In this document: positions 26,513 through 36,595 of the stretch, one piece after another | How the letters are laid out: each line of letters begins with the position of its first letter | How positions within the stretch are numbered: position 1 is the stretch's first letter | Assembly (NCBI RefSeq): GCF_002365595.1 | Contig: NZ_DFAM01000016.1 | From: Acinetobacter sp. UBA3106 | GTDB lineage: Bacteria; Pseudomonadota; Gammaproteobacteria; Pseudomonadales; Moraxellaceae | DNA length: 64,000 bases | Reading direction: 5' to 3' (one strand) | The notes under the pieces: generated by a model | The model's input: the letters and a program-made list of their open reading frames with translations, nothing else | What the model was told of the DNA's origin: nothing | The model's database searches: none | Translations under genes and position numbers: made by a program

Positions 26513-29152
26513 TTAAGCTTCAATCCATTTTCCATCCTGGAATACCAGACTCCACTTGGTCTGCTTACCTTCAGCATTTTCAGAACCGATATATTGTGCT
26601 TGATTCTTACGGCTGAATTTTACCAAGGTTGGATTCCCTTCAGGATCTGCATCCGGCGCTTGCAAAATAAACTGATATTTTGGATCCAGCTGCTCGGCGA
26701 CACTACGCAGTTCAGCCACTTTCGGTGCACGGGTTTCGCGCACTTTAGGAAACTTGCTCGCTGCCAGGAATAAACCTGCCGCGCCATCACGAAGCACAAA
26801 GTAGTCATCATGCTTGGTAGAACGCAAGTGTTCCATTTTAATTGGATCTACGCGCGGAGGTGCAGGCTGACCATTCTTTAGCACTTTACGGGTATTGTCA
26901 CAGCTGGTGCAGGCAAAATAAGGACCAAAGCGGCCAGTTTTGAGCTGCATTTCACCATCACACTTGTCACATGGAATGGTTGGACCATCATAACCTTTGA
27001 TTTTGAACTCACCTTCTTCAAGTTCAAAACCGGCACAATCCGGGTTATTCCCACAGATATGCAACTTGCGACCACCATCAATCACATAACTGTCCATTGC
27101 CGTTTCACAAATCGGGCAACGTTTTTTCGACATCAAGTCAGCTGTTTCTGCCGCATCATCATCAGACAATGCCGCCAAGGATTCGACCGGCGTTAAATTC
27201 AGAGTCCCTTTACAACGCTCTTTAGGCGGCAGGTTATAGCCAGAACATCCCAGGAATACACCCGTCGTTCCAGTACGAATCTGCATCGGACGAGAACATT
27301 CAGGGCAATGTACTGCTTCCACTTCAACTGGCAGATTACGGCGCATACCGTGGTCGCCTTGGGCTGTGGTTAAGCGTTTCTTAAAGTCGCCGTAGAAATT
27401 ATCCAGCAACTCTTTCCAGTTCCGCTGACCATCAGCGACTTTATCCAGCTGACCTTCAAGATCTGCGGTAAAGTCATAGTTCATCAGATTATTGAAACTT
27501 TCATCGAGACGGTCTGTCACGATTTCTCCCATCTTCTCTGCAAAGAGACGACGGTTTTCCAGTTTCACATAACCACGATCCTGAATGGTGGAAATAATGG
27601 CTGCATAGGTCGAAGGACGGCCAATGCCACGTTTTTCCAGTTCTTTTACCAGCGATGCTTCAGTGAAACGTGCAGGCGGTTTGGTAAAATGCTGAGAAGG
27701 ATCAAGTTTTTCCAGTTTCAGGATTTCACCCACTTTAACGGCAGGTAGCAAAATATCATCATCAGCTTTATTTGCACCACGAACTTTGGTAAAGCCATCA
27801 AAGACCAAGGTACGGCCTTTCGCTTTAAGTTCCACACCATTGGCATCAACTAAAATGGTCGATGATAAATATTCTGCGGGTGTCATCTGACAGGCTACAA
27901 ACTGGCGCCAGATCAGGTCATACAGACGCTGAGCATCACGTTCTACACCCGCTAGACTATCGCCTTTCAGTGCCACATTGGAAGGACGAATCGCTTCATG
28001 GGCTTCTTGCGCACCCGCCTTGTTACCATAGCGGTTTGGCTTGGCAGGTAAGTATTTAGTACCAAACTCGGACTCAATATGACCACGCACCATATTGACC
28101 GCATCATCACTCAGGAATGTCGAGTCGGTACGCATATAGGTGATGAAACCCGCTTCATACAGGCGCTGCGCCAGCATCATGGTTTTCTTCACAGAAAAAC
28201 CTAAACGTGTGCTTGCAGCCTGTTGCAGGGTTGAGGTGATATACGGTGCACTTGGGTTGACCTTGGTCGGTTTATCTTCACGACTGGCAACTTTATATTC
28301 AGCATCTTTAATCAGGTTGAGTAAAGCATCGGTCTCGGCTTTATTGTGCAGTTTGAGCGTCTTGCCACCCTGCTTTACTGCTTCAAGACGGATATCGTCT
28401 TTTTGCGATTTGGTATCTGCAAAAACTTGCCAGTATTCTTCAGGGATGAAAGCACGAATTTCACGTTCACGTTCAACCACCAGTTTTACTGCAACCGACT
28501 GTACACGACCAGCCGATAAACCACGGGCGATTTTTTCCCAAAGCAATGGCGAAATCATGAAACCCACAACACGGTCCAAGAAACGACGGGCTTGCTGTGC
28601 ATTGACCTTGTCGATATCTAAACGTGCCGGCTGTTTAAACGCTTCCTGAATGGCATTTTTAGTAATTTCGTTAAACACCACACGCTGGTAACGTGAATCA
28701 TCGCCACCAATCACTTCTTTTAAATGCCAGGCAATGGCTTCCCCTTCACGGTCCAAATCCGTTGCGAGATAGACTTCATCAACTTGCGATGCCAGTTTTT
28801 TCAGTTCAGCAACGACATTTTCTTTGCCTGGCAGCACTTCATAATGTGCTTTCCAGCCGTGTTCAGGATCAACGCCCATACGGTTGACCAAAGCTAATTG
28901 TGCTTTTTCCGCTTTTTGTTCATCGGTCAGTTTGGCACGTGATACAGGCTTTTTTTCTGTACTTTTAGATCCGCCAGTCGGCAAGTCACGAACATGGCCC
29001 ACCGATGATTTTACGATGTAATTTGGACCCAGATATTTGTTGATTGTTTTCGCTTTTGCAGGCGACTCCACAATCACTAAGGCACGCTTGTTCGCAGCAC
29101 TCGGAGATTTTGCTGTGGTACTTTTAGATGTGGACCGAGGAGCGTTCGCCAT
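26513..29152 (-). CDS. topA: DNA topoisomerase I
   Basis: 879 aa with a TOPRIM domain ([13 protein letters not shown]), the active-site region [10 protein letters not shown], and C-terminal Cys4 zinc ribbons. Confidence 0.95.
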   Translation of the reverse strand: MANAPRSTSKSTTAKSPSAANKRALVIVESPAKAKTINKYLGPNYIVKSSVGHVRDLPTGGSKSTEKKPVSRAKLTDEQKAEKAQLALVNRMGVDPEHGWKAHYEVLPGKENVVAELKKLASQVDEVYLATDLDREGEAIAWHLKEVIGGDDSRYQRVVFNEITKNAIQEAFKQPARLDIDKVNAQQARRFLDRVVGFMISPLLWEKIARGLSAGRVQSVAVKLVVEREREIRAFIPEEYWQVFADTKSQKDDIRLEAVKQGGKTLKLHNKAETDALLNLIKDAEYKVASREDKPTKVNPSAPYITSTLQQAASTRLGFSVKKTMMLAQRLYEAGFITYMRTDSTFLSDDAVNMVRGHIESEFGTKYLPAKPNRYGNKAGAQEAHEAIRPSNVALKGDSLAGVERDAQRLYDLIWRQFVACQMTPAEYLSSTILVDANGVELKAKGRTLVFDGFTKVRGANKADDDILLPAVKVGEILKLEKLDPSQHFTKPPARFTEASLVKELEKRGIGRPSTYAAIISTIQDRGYVKLENRRLFAEKMGEIVTDRLDESFNNLMNYDFTADLEGQLDKVADGQRNWKELLDNFYGDFKKRLTTAQGDHGMRRNLPVEVEAVHCPECSRPMQIRTGTTGVFLGCSGYNLPPKERCKGTLNLTPVESLAALSDDDAAETADLMSKKRCPICETAMDSYVIDGGRKLHICGNNPDCAGFELEEGEFKIKGYDGPTIPCDKCDGEMQLKTGRFGPYFACTSCDNTRKVLKNGQPAPPRVDPIKMEHLRSTKHDDYFVLRDGAAGLFLAASKFPKVRETRAPKVAELRSVAEQLDPKYQFILQAPDADPEGNPTLVKFSRKNQAQYIGSENAEGKQTKWSLVFQDGKWIEA

Positions 29153-29187
29153 AGTTAACCGTTAATCCTGTTTGATTGGTTGATAAA

Positions 29188-29637
29188 TTAAAGTTCAGCC
29201 AAAGATGTTAAATAAGCTTTAATGTCTTCTAACTGTGTTGCTCGAAGGTCTGATTCTTCATCCCAATAGAGTCCTACACAGTTTGCCTGCATATCAATAG
29301 CATAAATGCCCTTTAATGCAATGGGCAAATCGTTAAACTTGTCATCGCCTTGCACAATTTTCAGCTTTTGATCTTCTACCCGAGCACGCATCAGTGGCAG
29401 TCGGGCATCTGGAATTAGAACACTGTAATAAGCCACCATACTGGCACGGTTTTCTGTTGCCATTGGAACTTTGGTCCAATCGGGAGCTGCGACTAAACGC
29501 GGATGTAAAGCCATCTTGCGCGCTTTTTCACGCATCAGGCCTAATGCTTTTTCTCTTGGGCTGACACGTAGCCCAAAAATTGAGCCAAGCACAAACAGCA
29601 CAATGAAGACTGTAATCCAAATTCCAGTATTTTCCAT
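29188..29637 (-). CDS. Hypothetical single-pass membrane protein (149 aa)
   Basis: N-terminal TM IWITVFIVLFVLGSIF followed by a soluble domain. It lies 35 nt upstream of topA on the same strand. Confidence 0.55.
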   Translation of the reverse strand: MENTGIWITVFIVLFVLGSIFGLRVSPREKALGLMREKARKMALHPRLVAAPDWTKVPMATENRASMVAYYSVLIPDARLPLMRARVEDQKLKIVQGDDKFNDLPIALKGIYAIDMQANCVGLYWDEESDLRATQLEDIKAYLTSLAEL

Positions 29638-29707
29638 AGTACAACCTTATTATTCCTTTATTAGAGTTGCATAAGCTGAATGTAAAACGCAAGTTACAGC
29701 GATGAAA

Positions 29708-30709
29708 TTAATTCAAGAACAGCTCATGACTATATAATATTTCACTACCATTCCAGTAAACATATCCCTTTTCAATCAATTCTTTAAGTAATAACCGAAC
29801 ATCCGATTTGGGAAACATTTGTTCCAGCAAATCGCGCAGGGCATAAATGTCTTTGGGCTTGTCGGATTTTAATTCGCGTAATTTTTGCGCCACAATCACC
29901 TGAACAGGATCAATTTTGGAAAAGTTTTTAAATAACTCTTTTTGTGCATGATGCAGCGTATTGGCCTGTTCTACCTTTACTTCTGGTGAAGAATCTTCAG
30001 TGGATAATTCCGCAAAAACAGAGGACATATTTGGGGCTTTTTCTACAAATATTTTCTGCTCCAAGTCGAGCTGCATCCATTGCTTAATGACTTTTTTACG
30101 GAAGCTGATTTGCTCATCAAAGCGTTTTACAATTTTTAAATTAATCAATAAACCCGTGAAATGCTGAAGCTGATCATTTGGCAGTTGCAAAATATTCGCC
30201 AGCGAGTTCTTCAACTTCTCCAGCGTATTCGGTTTACCCTTCATTTTCCCTAAAGCATCACAATACTTTTTCACCAACAGCAAGTCCGGTTTTTGCAGAA
30301 TAGTCTCAACACTGGGAATTTTATATTTTGAATTTAAAACTGGTCGTTCAGCCTGAATCTGAATCAGACTACAGTTCAGGTTTGAAGATTGCATCATGTC
30401 GAGCAAAATTTCACTGCTTGGCATGGCAGAGATTAGCTCAATTGGCGTTTCGGTATCTAGCAGTGCAATCAGTTGTCCTACGACTACCGCATATTCAAAT
30501 TCTTTGTGCTCAACTTCTGCGGTTTCTAAAATAACCACCTGTCCACTGCTGACCCAACTTGAAAACTCAGTTAAATCTTCCAGAGAATATTCAAATTTTC
30601 CTTGGCAATTAAACAGGTAAATTGCAGCATAATGCGGAATAATGTTACGCAGCAATTGCGCAGTCGGCATATTATTTTCAAGATCAAGAAGAACGACTTT
30701 ATCACTCAT
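29708..30709 (-). CDS. Hypothetical protein (333 aa), possibly a degenerate NYN/PIN-like N-terminal fold with a helical C-terminal region
   Basis: Long ORF, somewhat AT-richer than its neighbours. The N-terminus VVLLDLENN...VVILE...ELISAMPSS has the beta-alpha pattern of LabA/NYN domains but lacks a clear acidic catalytic set. Confidence 0.5.
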   Translation of the reverse strand: MSDKVVLLDLENNMPTAQLLRNIIPHYAAIYLFNCQGKFEYSLEDLTEFSSWVSSGQVVILETAEVEHKEFEYAVVVGQLIALLDTETPIELISAMPSSEILLDMMQSSNLNCSLIQIQAERPVLNSKYKIPSVETILQKPDLLLVKKYCDALGKMKGKPNTLEKLKNSLANILQLPNDQLQHFTGLLINLKIVKRFDEQISFRKKVIKQWMQLDLEQKIFVEKAPNMSSVFAELSTEDSSPEVKVEQANTLHHAQKELFKNFSKIDPVQVIVAQKLRELKSDKPKDIYALRDLLEQMFPKSDVRLLLKELIEKGYVYWNGSEILYSHELFLN

Positions 30710-30883
30710 ATCTTCAAATAAACAGTTCAGCTAGGCAGATGCCGTGCATTAGAACGGGAACCAGGATAAAGGTCAAATATTTTTCTGCTTTTGGCTTTTA
30801 TTCAATGTCATGACTCATGCTGAATGCTTTACCCGTAAATGATTAATATCAAAGTGAAGGAAAGGTTAAATTCTTTTTTCAGT

Positions 30884-30912
30884 AAAAAGCCCAAGTATAA
30901 GACCCGGGCTTT
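30884..30912 (-). terminator. Terminator of slyX
   Basis: Minus-strand RNA reads aaagccc-(13 nt)-gggcuuuuu. Confidence 0.5.
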
Positions 30913-30932
30913 AATTTATATCTTGATCAAGC

Positions 30933-31178
30933 TTAATAATGCGGTGGTCGATCAGCCAGAGGATCAAAAGCAGCAATCCCTTCAGATAAATCTGAAGATT
31001 CCACACGCTGATAAAGCAGCTGCATTTGCTTCTTTAAATCCGTAATTTCAATATTTTGACGGGTTACTTGCTCATTTAATTGTTCAACTAAATCATCTAA
31101 AAATGTAATTCGAACTTGCAAATCTTCCAAGTGTGCGGAAAATGACGCCTGATCATTAAGATTTTTTTGTTTAGTCAT
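30933..31178 (-). CDS. slyX: SlyX-family coiled-coil protein
   Basis: 81 aa. LEDLQVRITFLDDLVEQLNEQVTRQNIEITDLKKQMQLL is typical of SlyX. GAGGA ribosome-binding site. Confidence 0.75.
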   Translation of the reverse strand: MTKQKNLNDQASFSAHLEDLQVRITFLDDLVEQLNEQVTRQNIEITDLKKQMQLLYQRVESSDLSEGIAAFDPLADRPPHY

Positions 31179-31211
31179 TTTAAGTCCTCATTTTGGATTT
31201 CAGGAAACAGT

Positions 31212-33119
31212 ATGGCCTATATTACGTTAAGGGATGTCCAACTCGCGTTTGGCGGACCGTCCCTGCTCGACGGCGCGAACTTCAATTTGGAACGCGGTGA
31301 ACGAGTTTGTTTGATTGGCCGTAACGGTGAAGGTAAGTCTACTTTACTTAAACTCATTGAGGGAAGTTTACTGCCAGATCGTGGTGAAGTTTCTATACAA
31401 AATGGCATCACCATTTCCATGCTGGCTCAAGATGTACCGATGGATTCCGGTAAAGTTGCAGATATCGTGGCCGATGGTGCAGGTGAAGCGGCAGCGGTAC
31501 TCAAAGCCTATCACGAAGCCAGTGATGCTTGTGTACTCGGTGATATGGAAGCCTGCGACCGCATGGGTAACCTACAGCACAAGCTCGATCAGGTCGATGG
31601 CTGGGCTTTGGAAACCAAAGTCAATTCTATTTTAAGCAAAATGGGTTTAGACCCGGATGCAGATTTAGCCGATTTATCGGGTGGTCGTAAACGTCGGGTG
31701 CTATTAGCACGTGCGCTACTTACTCAACCCGATGTACTTTTACTTGACGAACCAACCAACCACTTGGACGTTGAAAGTATTGAATGGTTAGAAAAATTCC
31801 TGCTCGATCAAAATAATTTGACCTTATTATTTATTTCGCATGACCGTTCATTTGTCGACAGCATTGCAACGCGTATTGTCGAACTCGATCGTGGTACTTT
31901 GCGTAGCTATGAAGGTAACTATTCACGTTACCTTGACCTGAAAGCGCAGCAAATGGAAGCGGAAGAAAAGCAAAATGCATTGTTCGACAAACGTTTAGCT
32001 GAAGAAGAAGTCTGGATTCGCCAAGGAATTAAAGCACGTCGTACCCGTAATGAAGGTCGTGTACGTGCCTTAAAAGCGCTACGTGAAGAATCAAAAGCAC
32101 GTCGCTCACAGCAAGGCAAAGTCAGCATGGCAACTCAGGAAGCCAATCGTTCTGGCAAGCTGGTCTTTGATATTGAACATTTAAGTGTTGCTTTCGGCAA
32201 TCAAGAACCGATTATCAAAGATTTCTCTGCTTTGGTGCTTCGTGGCGACCGTATTGGCTTGGTGGGTGATAATGGTGTCGGTAAAACAACACTTATTAAA
32301 GCTATTCTGGGTGAGATCGAACATACTGGTACAGTAAAAACCGGTACCCAGCTTGAAGTCGCTTATTTCGATCAGCTACGTAATGCACTCGATTTAGAAA
32401 AATCAGTTAAAGACAACGTTTCGGAAGGTTCGGACTTTGTCGATGTTAACGGTGGCCGTCGTCATATCTACAGTTATCTTCAAGATTTTCTGTTCTCTCC
32501 GGAACGTGCCCGTACGCCGGTAAAAGCATTGTCTGGTGGTGAACGTAACCGTATTCTGTTGGCAAAACTGTTACTTAAACCATCCAATTTAATTGTCATG
32601 GATGAGCCAACCAATGACTTGGATATGGTGACCCTTGAACTATTGGAAGAAATGCTCGGTGGTTATAAAGGTACCTTGTTATTGATCTCGCATGACCGTG
32701 CCTTCATGGACAATGTGGTCACGTCGACTTGGGTATTTGATGGTAAAGGTCATATTGACGAATACATCGGTGGTTATCAGGATTATCTGGAACAGCGCCC
32801 AGATCAAACAGCCGTAGATCAGAAAAGTGATGTGAAAAAAGCCCTGGCCAAAGCCGAAGCAGCGGCTGCCGCAGCAGCACCGAAAAAAGTGAAGCTGAGC
32901 TATAAAGATCAGCGTGCATTAGAACAACTGCCTGCTGAAATGGAAGCGCTTGAAAAAGAGCAAGCTGAAATTAATGCTCAACTTGCAGATGGTTCACTGT
33001 TTGTGACCGATGCGGACAAAGCTATGAAACTGTCTAATCGCCTCACGGAAATTGACGAGCAATTGCTTGAAAAATTAGAACGTTGGGAAGAATTAGAGAA
33101 TCTCAGCAAAGGCGATTAA
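31212..33119 (+). CDS. uup: ABC-F family ATPase (Uup-like), two ABC domains and a C-terminal coiled coil
   Basis: Two Walker A sites (GRNGEGKST, GDNGVGKTT) and two LSGG signatures. The start MAYITLRD at 31212 was chosen because AGGAAA lies upstream of it. Confidence 0.85.
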   Translation: MAYITLRDVQLAFGGPSLLDGANFNLERGERVCLIGRNGEGKSTLLKLIEGSLLPDRGEVSIQNGITISMLAQDVPMDSGKVADIVADGAGEAAAVLKAYHEASDACVLGDMEACDRMGNLQHKLDQVDGWALETKVNSILSKMGLDPDADLADLSGGRKRRVLLARALLTQPDVLLLDEPTNHLDVESIEWLEKFLLDQNNLTLLFISHDRSFVDSIATRIVELDRGTLRSYEGNYSRYLDLKAQQMEAEEKQNALFDKRLAEEEVWIRQGIKARRTRNEGRVRALKALREESKARRSQQGKVSMATQEANRSGKLVFDIEHLSVAFGNQEPIIKDFSALVLRGDRIGLVGDNGVGKTTLIKAILGEIEHTGTVKTGTQLEVAYFDQLRNALDLEKSVKDNVSEGSDFVDVNGGRRHIYSYLQDFLFSPERARTPVKALSGGERNRILLAKLLLKPSNLIVMDEPTNDLDMVTLELLEEMLGGYKGTLLLISHDRAFMDNVVTSTWVFDGKGHIDEYIGGYQDYLEQRPDQTAVDQKSDVKKALAKAEAAAAAAAPKKVKLSYKDQRALEQLPAEMEALEKEQAEINAQLADGSLFVTDADKAMKLSNRLTEIDEQLLEKLERWEELENLSKGD

Positions 33120-33133
33120 TTTAGCCGTGTTAC

Positions 33134-33169
33134 AAAAGCACCTGTAAAGTATTTTGCAGGTGCTTTTTT
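33134..33169 (+). terminator. Rho-independent terminator of uup
   Basis: aaaagcacctg-(loop)-caggtgctttttt. Confidence 0.8.
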
Positions 33170-33225
33170 ATTTAAAAAATAACTTCATGTTAAACTGCAG
33201 ATAATTTTTGGTATAAACGGTCATT

Positions 33226-34161
33226 ATGAGTAAACAGCCAGACTACAAACCCGGAGAATTCCAATGGTCATTTCTTTTACCTCAATATTGGGGTATCTGG
33301 ATTGGTATTGTATTTCTGATGATTCTGGCGATTTTACCGTGGGCCATTCAACACCGTTTAGCCACTTTTATTGGCAATCTGGCATTTGACAAACTGAAAT
33401 CTCGCCGTAAAACCACAGTACGTAATCTGGAAGTCTGTTTTCCTGAATGGACGCCTGAACAGGTACAAGTACATGCACGTCAGGTTTTTGTTGACCAGAT
33501 GATTGGGATCTTTGAAACCTTAAATGCCTGGTACTGCCCGCAATGGTTTAAAGGCCGTGTCACGATTGAAGGCTTGGAACACATTCAAAATGCCCAAGCC
33601 GCAGGAAAAGGTGTTTTACTGTTAGGTACGCATTCAACATTACTCGATGCCGGCGGTTATTTGTGTGCTCAATATTTTGAGCCAGATGTGGTTTATCGTC
33701 CGCAAAATAATCCCCTGCTCGACATGCTGATTTATCGCTGTCGTGCCACTATTTATGCCAATCAAATTGACCATGATGACATGCGTGGTCTCATCCGTAA
33801 CCTGAAAGAGGGTCATGCCATCTGGTATAGTCCGGATCAGGATTTTGGTTTAAAACAGGGCGTGATGGCACCATTTTTCGGTACCCCTGCTGCCACAGTC
33901 ACTGCACATCGTCGTTTACTGAAAATCTCCAAAGCCGTCCCGATTCCGTTATATTTTTATCGCACCGGTGATTTAAAAGATCCGCGTTATCATGTGCTGA
34001 TTGAACCGGTTGTAGATAATCTGCCTAGTGAAGATGAAGTGGATGATGCTACACGTGTCAATCAGATTATTGAACGTCAGCTGCGTATTGCCCCGACCCA
34101 ATATATGTGGTTCCATCGTCGCTTTAAAACTCGTCCGGAAGGCTTTGAGAAAATCTATTAA
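33226..34161 (+). CDS. lpxL: Lipid A biosynthesis lauroyl acyltransferase (LpxL/HtrB family)
   Basis: Collinear with E. coli LpxL. It has the HX4D motif (THSTLLD), YRPQNNPLLD and WYSPDQD. Confidence 0.85.
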   Translation: MSKQPDYKPGEFQWSFLLPQYWGIWIGIVFLMILAILPWAIQHRLATFIGNLAFDKLKSRRKTTVRNLEVCFPEWTPEQVQVHARQVFVDQMIGIFETLNAWYCPQWFKGRVTIEGLEHIQNAQAAGKGVLLLGTHSTLLDAGGYLCAQYFEPDVVYRPQNNPLLDMLIYRCRATIYANQIDHDDMRGLIRNLKEGHAIWYSPDQDFGLKQGVMAPFFGTPAATVTAHRRLLKISKAVPIPLYFYRTGDLKDPRYHVLIEPVVDNLPSEDEVDDATRVNQIIERQLRIAPTQYMWFHRRFKTRPEGFEKIY

Positions 34162-34211
34162 TAAGATAATTAAGATAACTAAGAAACCTCGCACAGAATC
34201 TACTATCGTGT

Positions 34212-34306
34212 AAAGGCGACAAGGATGTCGCCCGTTGGACTGCGATATCATGGATGTATCGTCAGTCCAACAGATGGTTTTTTTACTTTTGCCGAAACAA
34301 AAGTAA
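34212..34306 (+). repeat. Structured ~95-nt repeat, copy B
   Basis: ggcgac[aaggat]gtcgcc spans 34215-34232. gttggactg..c[atggat]g..cagtccaac spans 34234-34271. ttacttttg[ccgaaa]caaaagtaa spans 34283-34306. Stem changes are compensatory relative to copy A. Confidence 0.75.
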
Positions 34307-34378
34307 AGAATAAACTCCAAATATTGGATAAATGAACGGTAAAACTCCGCTTTGCGACAACCCTAAAGGCAAAAAACC

Positions 34379-35479
34379 ATGAAAGTGATGCAACTTCTTC
34401 CTGAACTGAATAGCGGTGGCGTAGAACGCGGTACTTTAGAAATCGCCCGTGCCTTGGTTGCAGAAGGTCATGAATCTTTTGTGGTATCCAATGGTGGCCG
34501 GTTGGTGGCACAGCTTGAAGCGGAAGGTTCAACACATTTGACGTTAGCCATTCATAAAAAAGCCCTGTCGAGCTTATGGCAAATTCGTCCGTTGCGTCAG
34601 CTGATTGAACAGCACCAACCCGACATTGTGCATGTACGTTCCCGTGTCCCTGCCTGGCTGACCCATTTTGCTTTAAAAGGCATTCCTGCAGAACGTCGTC
34701 CACATTTAATCAGTACCGTACATGGCTTCTATTCAATTAACCGTTATAGCCAAATTATGACCCAGGCTGAAAAAGTCATTGCGGTGTCCGACAGTGTGGT
34801 CAAATACATTACCGATAACTACAAAAATTGCCCCACTCAAGATATTGTGCGGATTTACCGTGGCATAGACCCTACCGCTTTCCCGCATGGTTATCAGCCT
34901 TCTGTACAGTGGTTGAATCAAACTTTTAAAGATTTTCCCGAGCTGGAAAACAAGTTTTTACTCTGTCTTCCAGGTCGAATTACCCGCTTAAAAGGTCATG
35001 AAACTTTAATTAAGTTAATGGAACAGCTGCAAAACCAGTATCCCAACCTGCATGCGGTGGTGGTTGGCGGGGCTGATCCGAAAAAGGCTGCTTATCTCAA
35101 AGAAATGCAGGACAATATTCAAAGCAAAGGTCTGAGCGACAAAATCACTTTTGTGGGGCATCGTTCGGATATTCGTGAATGGCTGGCTTTTAGTGATGTG
35201 GTGCTTTCATTGTCCAATCAGGCAGAGACTTTCGGTCGTACTGTTTTAGAGGCCTTATCCGTGGGTACGCCAGTGATTGGCTGGAACCGGGGCGGTGTGG
35301 CAGAGATTTTATCGCAGCTGTATCCACAAGGTTTAATTGACGTAGATGATCAGGTGGCACTTTTAAATGCTGTTCAACAGCATATTGATGAGTCCCAGCA
35401 AGTTAAGCCCGTCACAACATTTAGTTTAAAAGAAATGTGTGATCAGACACTTCATTTATATAAACAAGTTTTGAAATAA
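34379..35479 (+). CDS. GT4-family (group 1) glycosyltransferase, probably LOS core synthesis
   Basis: N-terminal GGVERGTLE and the C-terminal E..G....EA motif region (ETFGRTVLEALSVGTPVI). It is next to lpxL. It may correspond to Acinetobacter lpsB, but that is unverified. Confidence 0.8.
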   Translation: MKVMQLLPELNSGGVERGTLEIARALVAEGHESFVVSNGGRLVAQLEAEGSTHLTLAIHKKALSSLWQIRPLRQLIEQHQPDIVHVRSRVPAWLTHFALKGIPAERRPHLISTVHGFYSINRYSQIMTQAEKVIAVSDSVVKYITDNYKNCPTQDIVRIYRGIDPTAFPHGYQPSVQWLNQTFKDFPELENKFLLCLPGRITRLKGHETLIKLMEQLQNQYPNLHAVVVGGADPKKAAYLKEMQDNIQSKGLSDKITFVGHRSDIREWLAFSDVVLSLSNQAETFGRTVLEALSVGTPVIGWNRGGVAEILSQLYPQGLIDVDDQVALLNAVQQHIDESQQVKPVTTFSLKEMCDQTLHLYKQVLK

Positions 35480-35567
35480 ATTTAAAACGATTTATCCCAG
35501 TCTCTTGAGAATCTTTATTACAGATAAAAGTAGACTGGGCTAAAGATAGGATTCAATACAGATATTA

Positions 35568-35975
35568 TCAATGTTCCGTGCCTGCATAAATCCACATCGG
35601 TTCAGTTTGTCCTGCCCGAACAAAACCCATGGATTGATAAAATTTTATGGCTTGATGTTCAGCAACCAATATTTTTTGATGAAAATCCTTATATTTAAAT
35701 AGCATTGCTTGCATCATTAATCGACCAACGCCCAAATGCTGAAAATCGGGATGTACCAGCAAATGTGGAAAATACACCACCAAGTGTCCATCAGAGATCG
35801 CATTTCCCAAACCAATAAGTTGCCCTTCCTGTCTGGCTGTCACCAGACTATGTGAATGTTGTAATGCTGCCAACAGCTGAACCGGCTTTTGCGCTGATGA
35901 CCAATGATTCGCTTGATAGATTTTTAATACTTCTGCTTCATGAACCTGATCATGCATTGAGATATCGAAAGTCAT
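35568..35975 (-). CDS. GNAT-family N-acetyltransferase
   Basis: 135 aa with the acetyl-CoA binding region HLLVHPDFQHLGVGRLMM. Confidence 0.8.
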   Translation of the reverse strand: MTFDISMHDQVHEAEVLKIYQANHWSSAQKPVQLLAALQHSHSLVTARQEGQLIGLGNAISDGHLVVYFPHLLVHPDFQHLGVGRLMMQAMLFKYKDFHQKILVAEHQAIKFYQSMGFVRAGQTEPMWIYAGTEH

Positions 35976-35982
35976 AGCGTCA

Positions 35983-36375
35983 TTAGCCTTTCCACACTCG
36001 AAATCGAGCCATTAACCAAATAACCAACGGCCAGAAAATGGTGTTGATGATATCGTGCAGACTGGCCCCAATGTGCCAATACCCATAATTGATTAAATCA
36101 TCATGGGCATCAAACAGCTCTGCAACAACTGCAGCAATTAGCACAGCCCCTATTGCCCATTTCGATTTCAATTGATGATGGTGAAAAAAGGCCACAATAA
36201 AGAATAGCGTCAGCCCTGCATAAATATGTAAAGCATCACGTGATAATTCAGTAAAATTAGTGATATCAATTTTAAGTTCTTGAAATTTTGACAAATACAT
36301 GGCTGAAATTTTATTTTTAGGATGTTCTATTAAAGCATAAACCCGAGTTCTGCATCCTGCAAAACTCGGGTACAT
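35983..36375 (-). CDS. Small hydrophobic membrane protein (start uncertain: 36375 or 36300)
   Basis: 2-3 TM helices. The ATG at 36375 has a GGAAG about 9 nt upstream, but a 9-bp hairpin (36341-36371) begins right after it. The ATG at 36300 has no SD. Confidence 0.5.
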   Translation of the reverse strand: MYPSFAGCRTRVYALIEHPKNKISAMYLSKFQELKIDITNFTELSRDALHIYAGLTLFFIVAFFHHHQLKSKWAIGAVLIAAVVAELFDAHDDLINYGYWHIGASLHDIINTIFWPLVIWLMARFRVWKG

Positions 36376-36595
36376 GAGGTTGTGCTTCCAAATATTATTT
36401 TTATTTTGTTATTGCTATCCATTGCTGCATCATATCCATGATGATTTTCTCTCAGCCACCTGTTTCGTCTTCCTTAATGGGATTTTCCTTTCCCGGCTCC
36501 TTGGCTGATGAGTCTAGATTAAGGCAGTTAATAAAAAAGAACCATTCGCAATTGACCTAAATCAATGTAAGCCATTTCGTACACTTTTCTATTAT

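Noticed and set aside
28140-28649. 169-aa plus-strand ORF inside topA (and other short ORFs at 26620-28887)
   Set aside because: It is antisense to or overlaps the unambiguous topoisomerase I frame, with no start context or motif.
34248-34703. 151-aa minus-strand ORF spanning the lpxL-glycosyltransferase spacer
   Set aside because: Its C-terminal end is a read-through of the structured repeat (copy B). The rest is antisense to the GT4 glycosyltransferase, so it is an artefact.
36449-36505. Nested helix in the 36.4-kb spacer considered as a fluoride, TPP, guanidine or glycine riboswitch
   Set aside because: Only fragmentary resemblance, for example GCUGAGAG versus the TPP CUGAGA and GGCUGAUGAG on the opposite strand versus the fluoride motif. 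The remaining conserved cores of those classes are absent.
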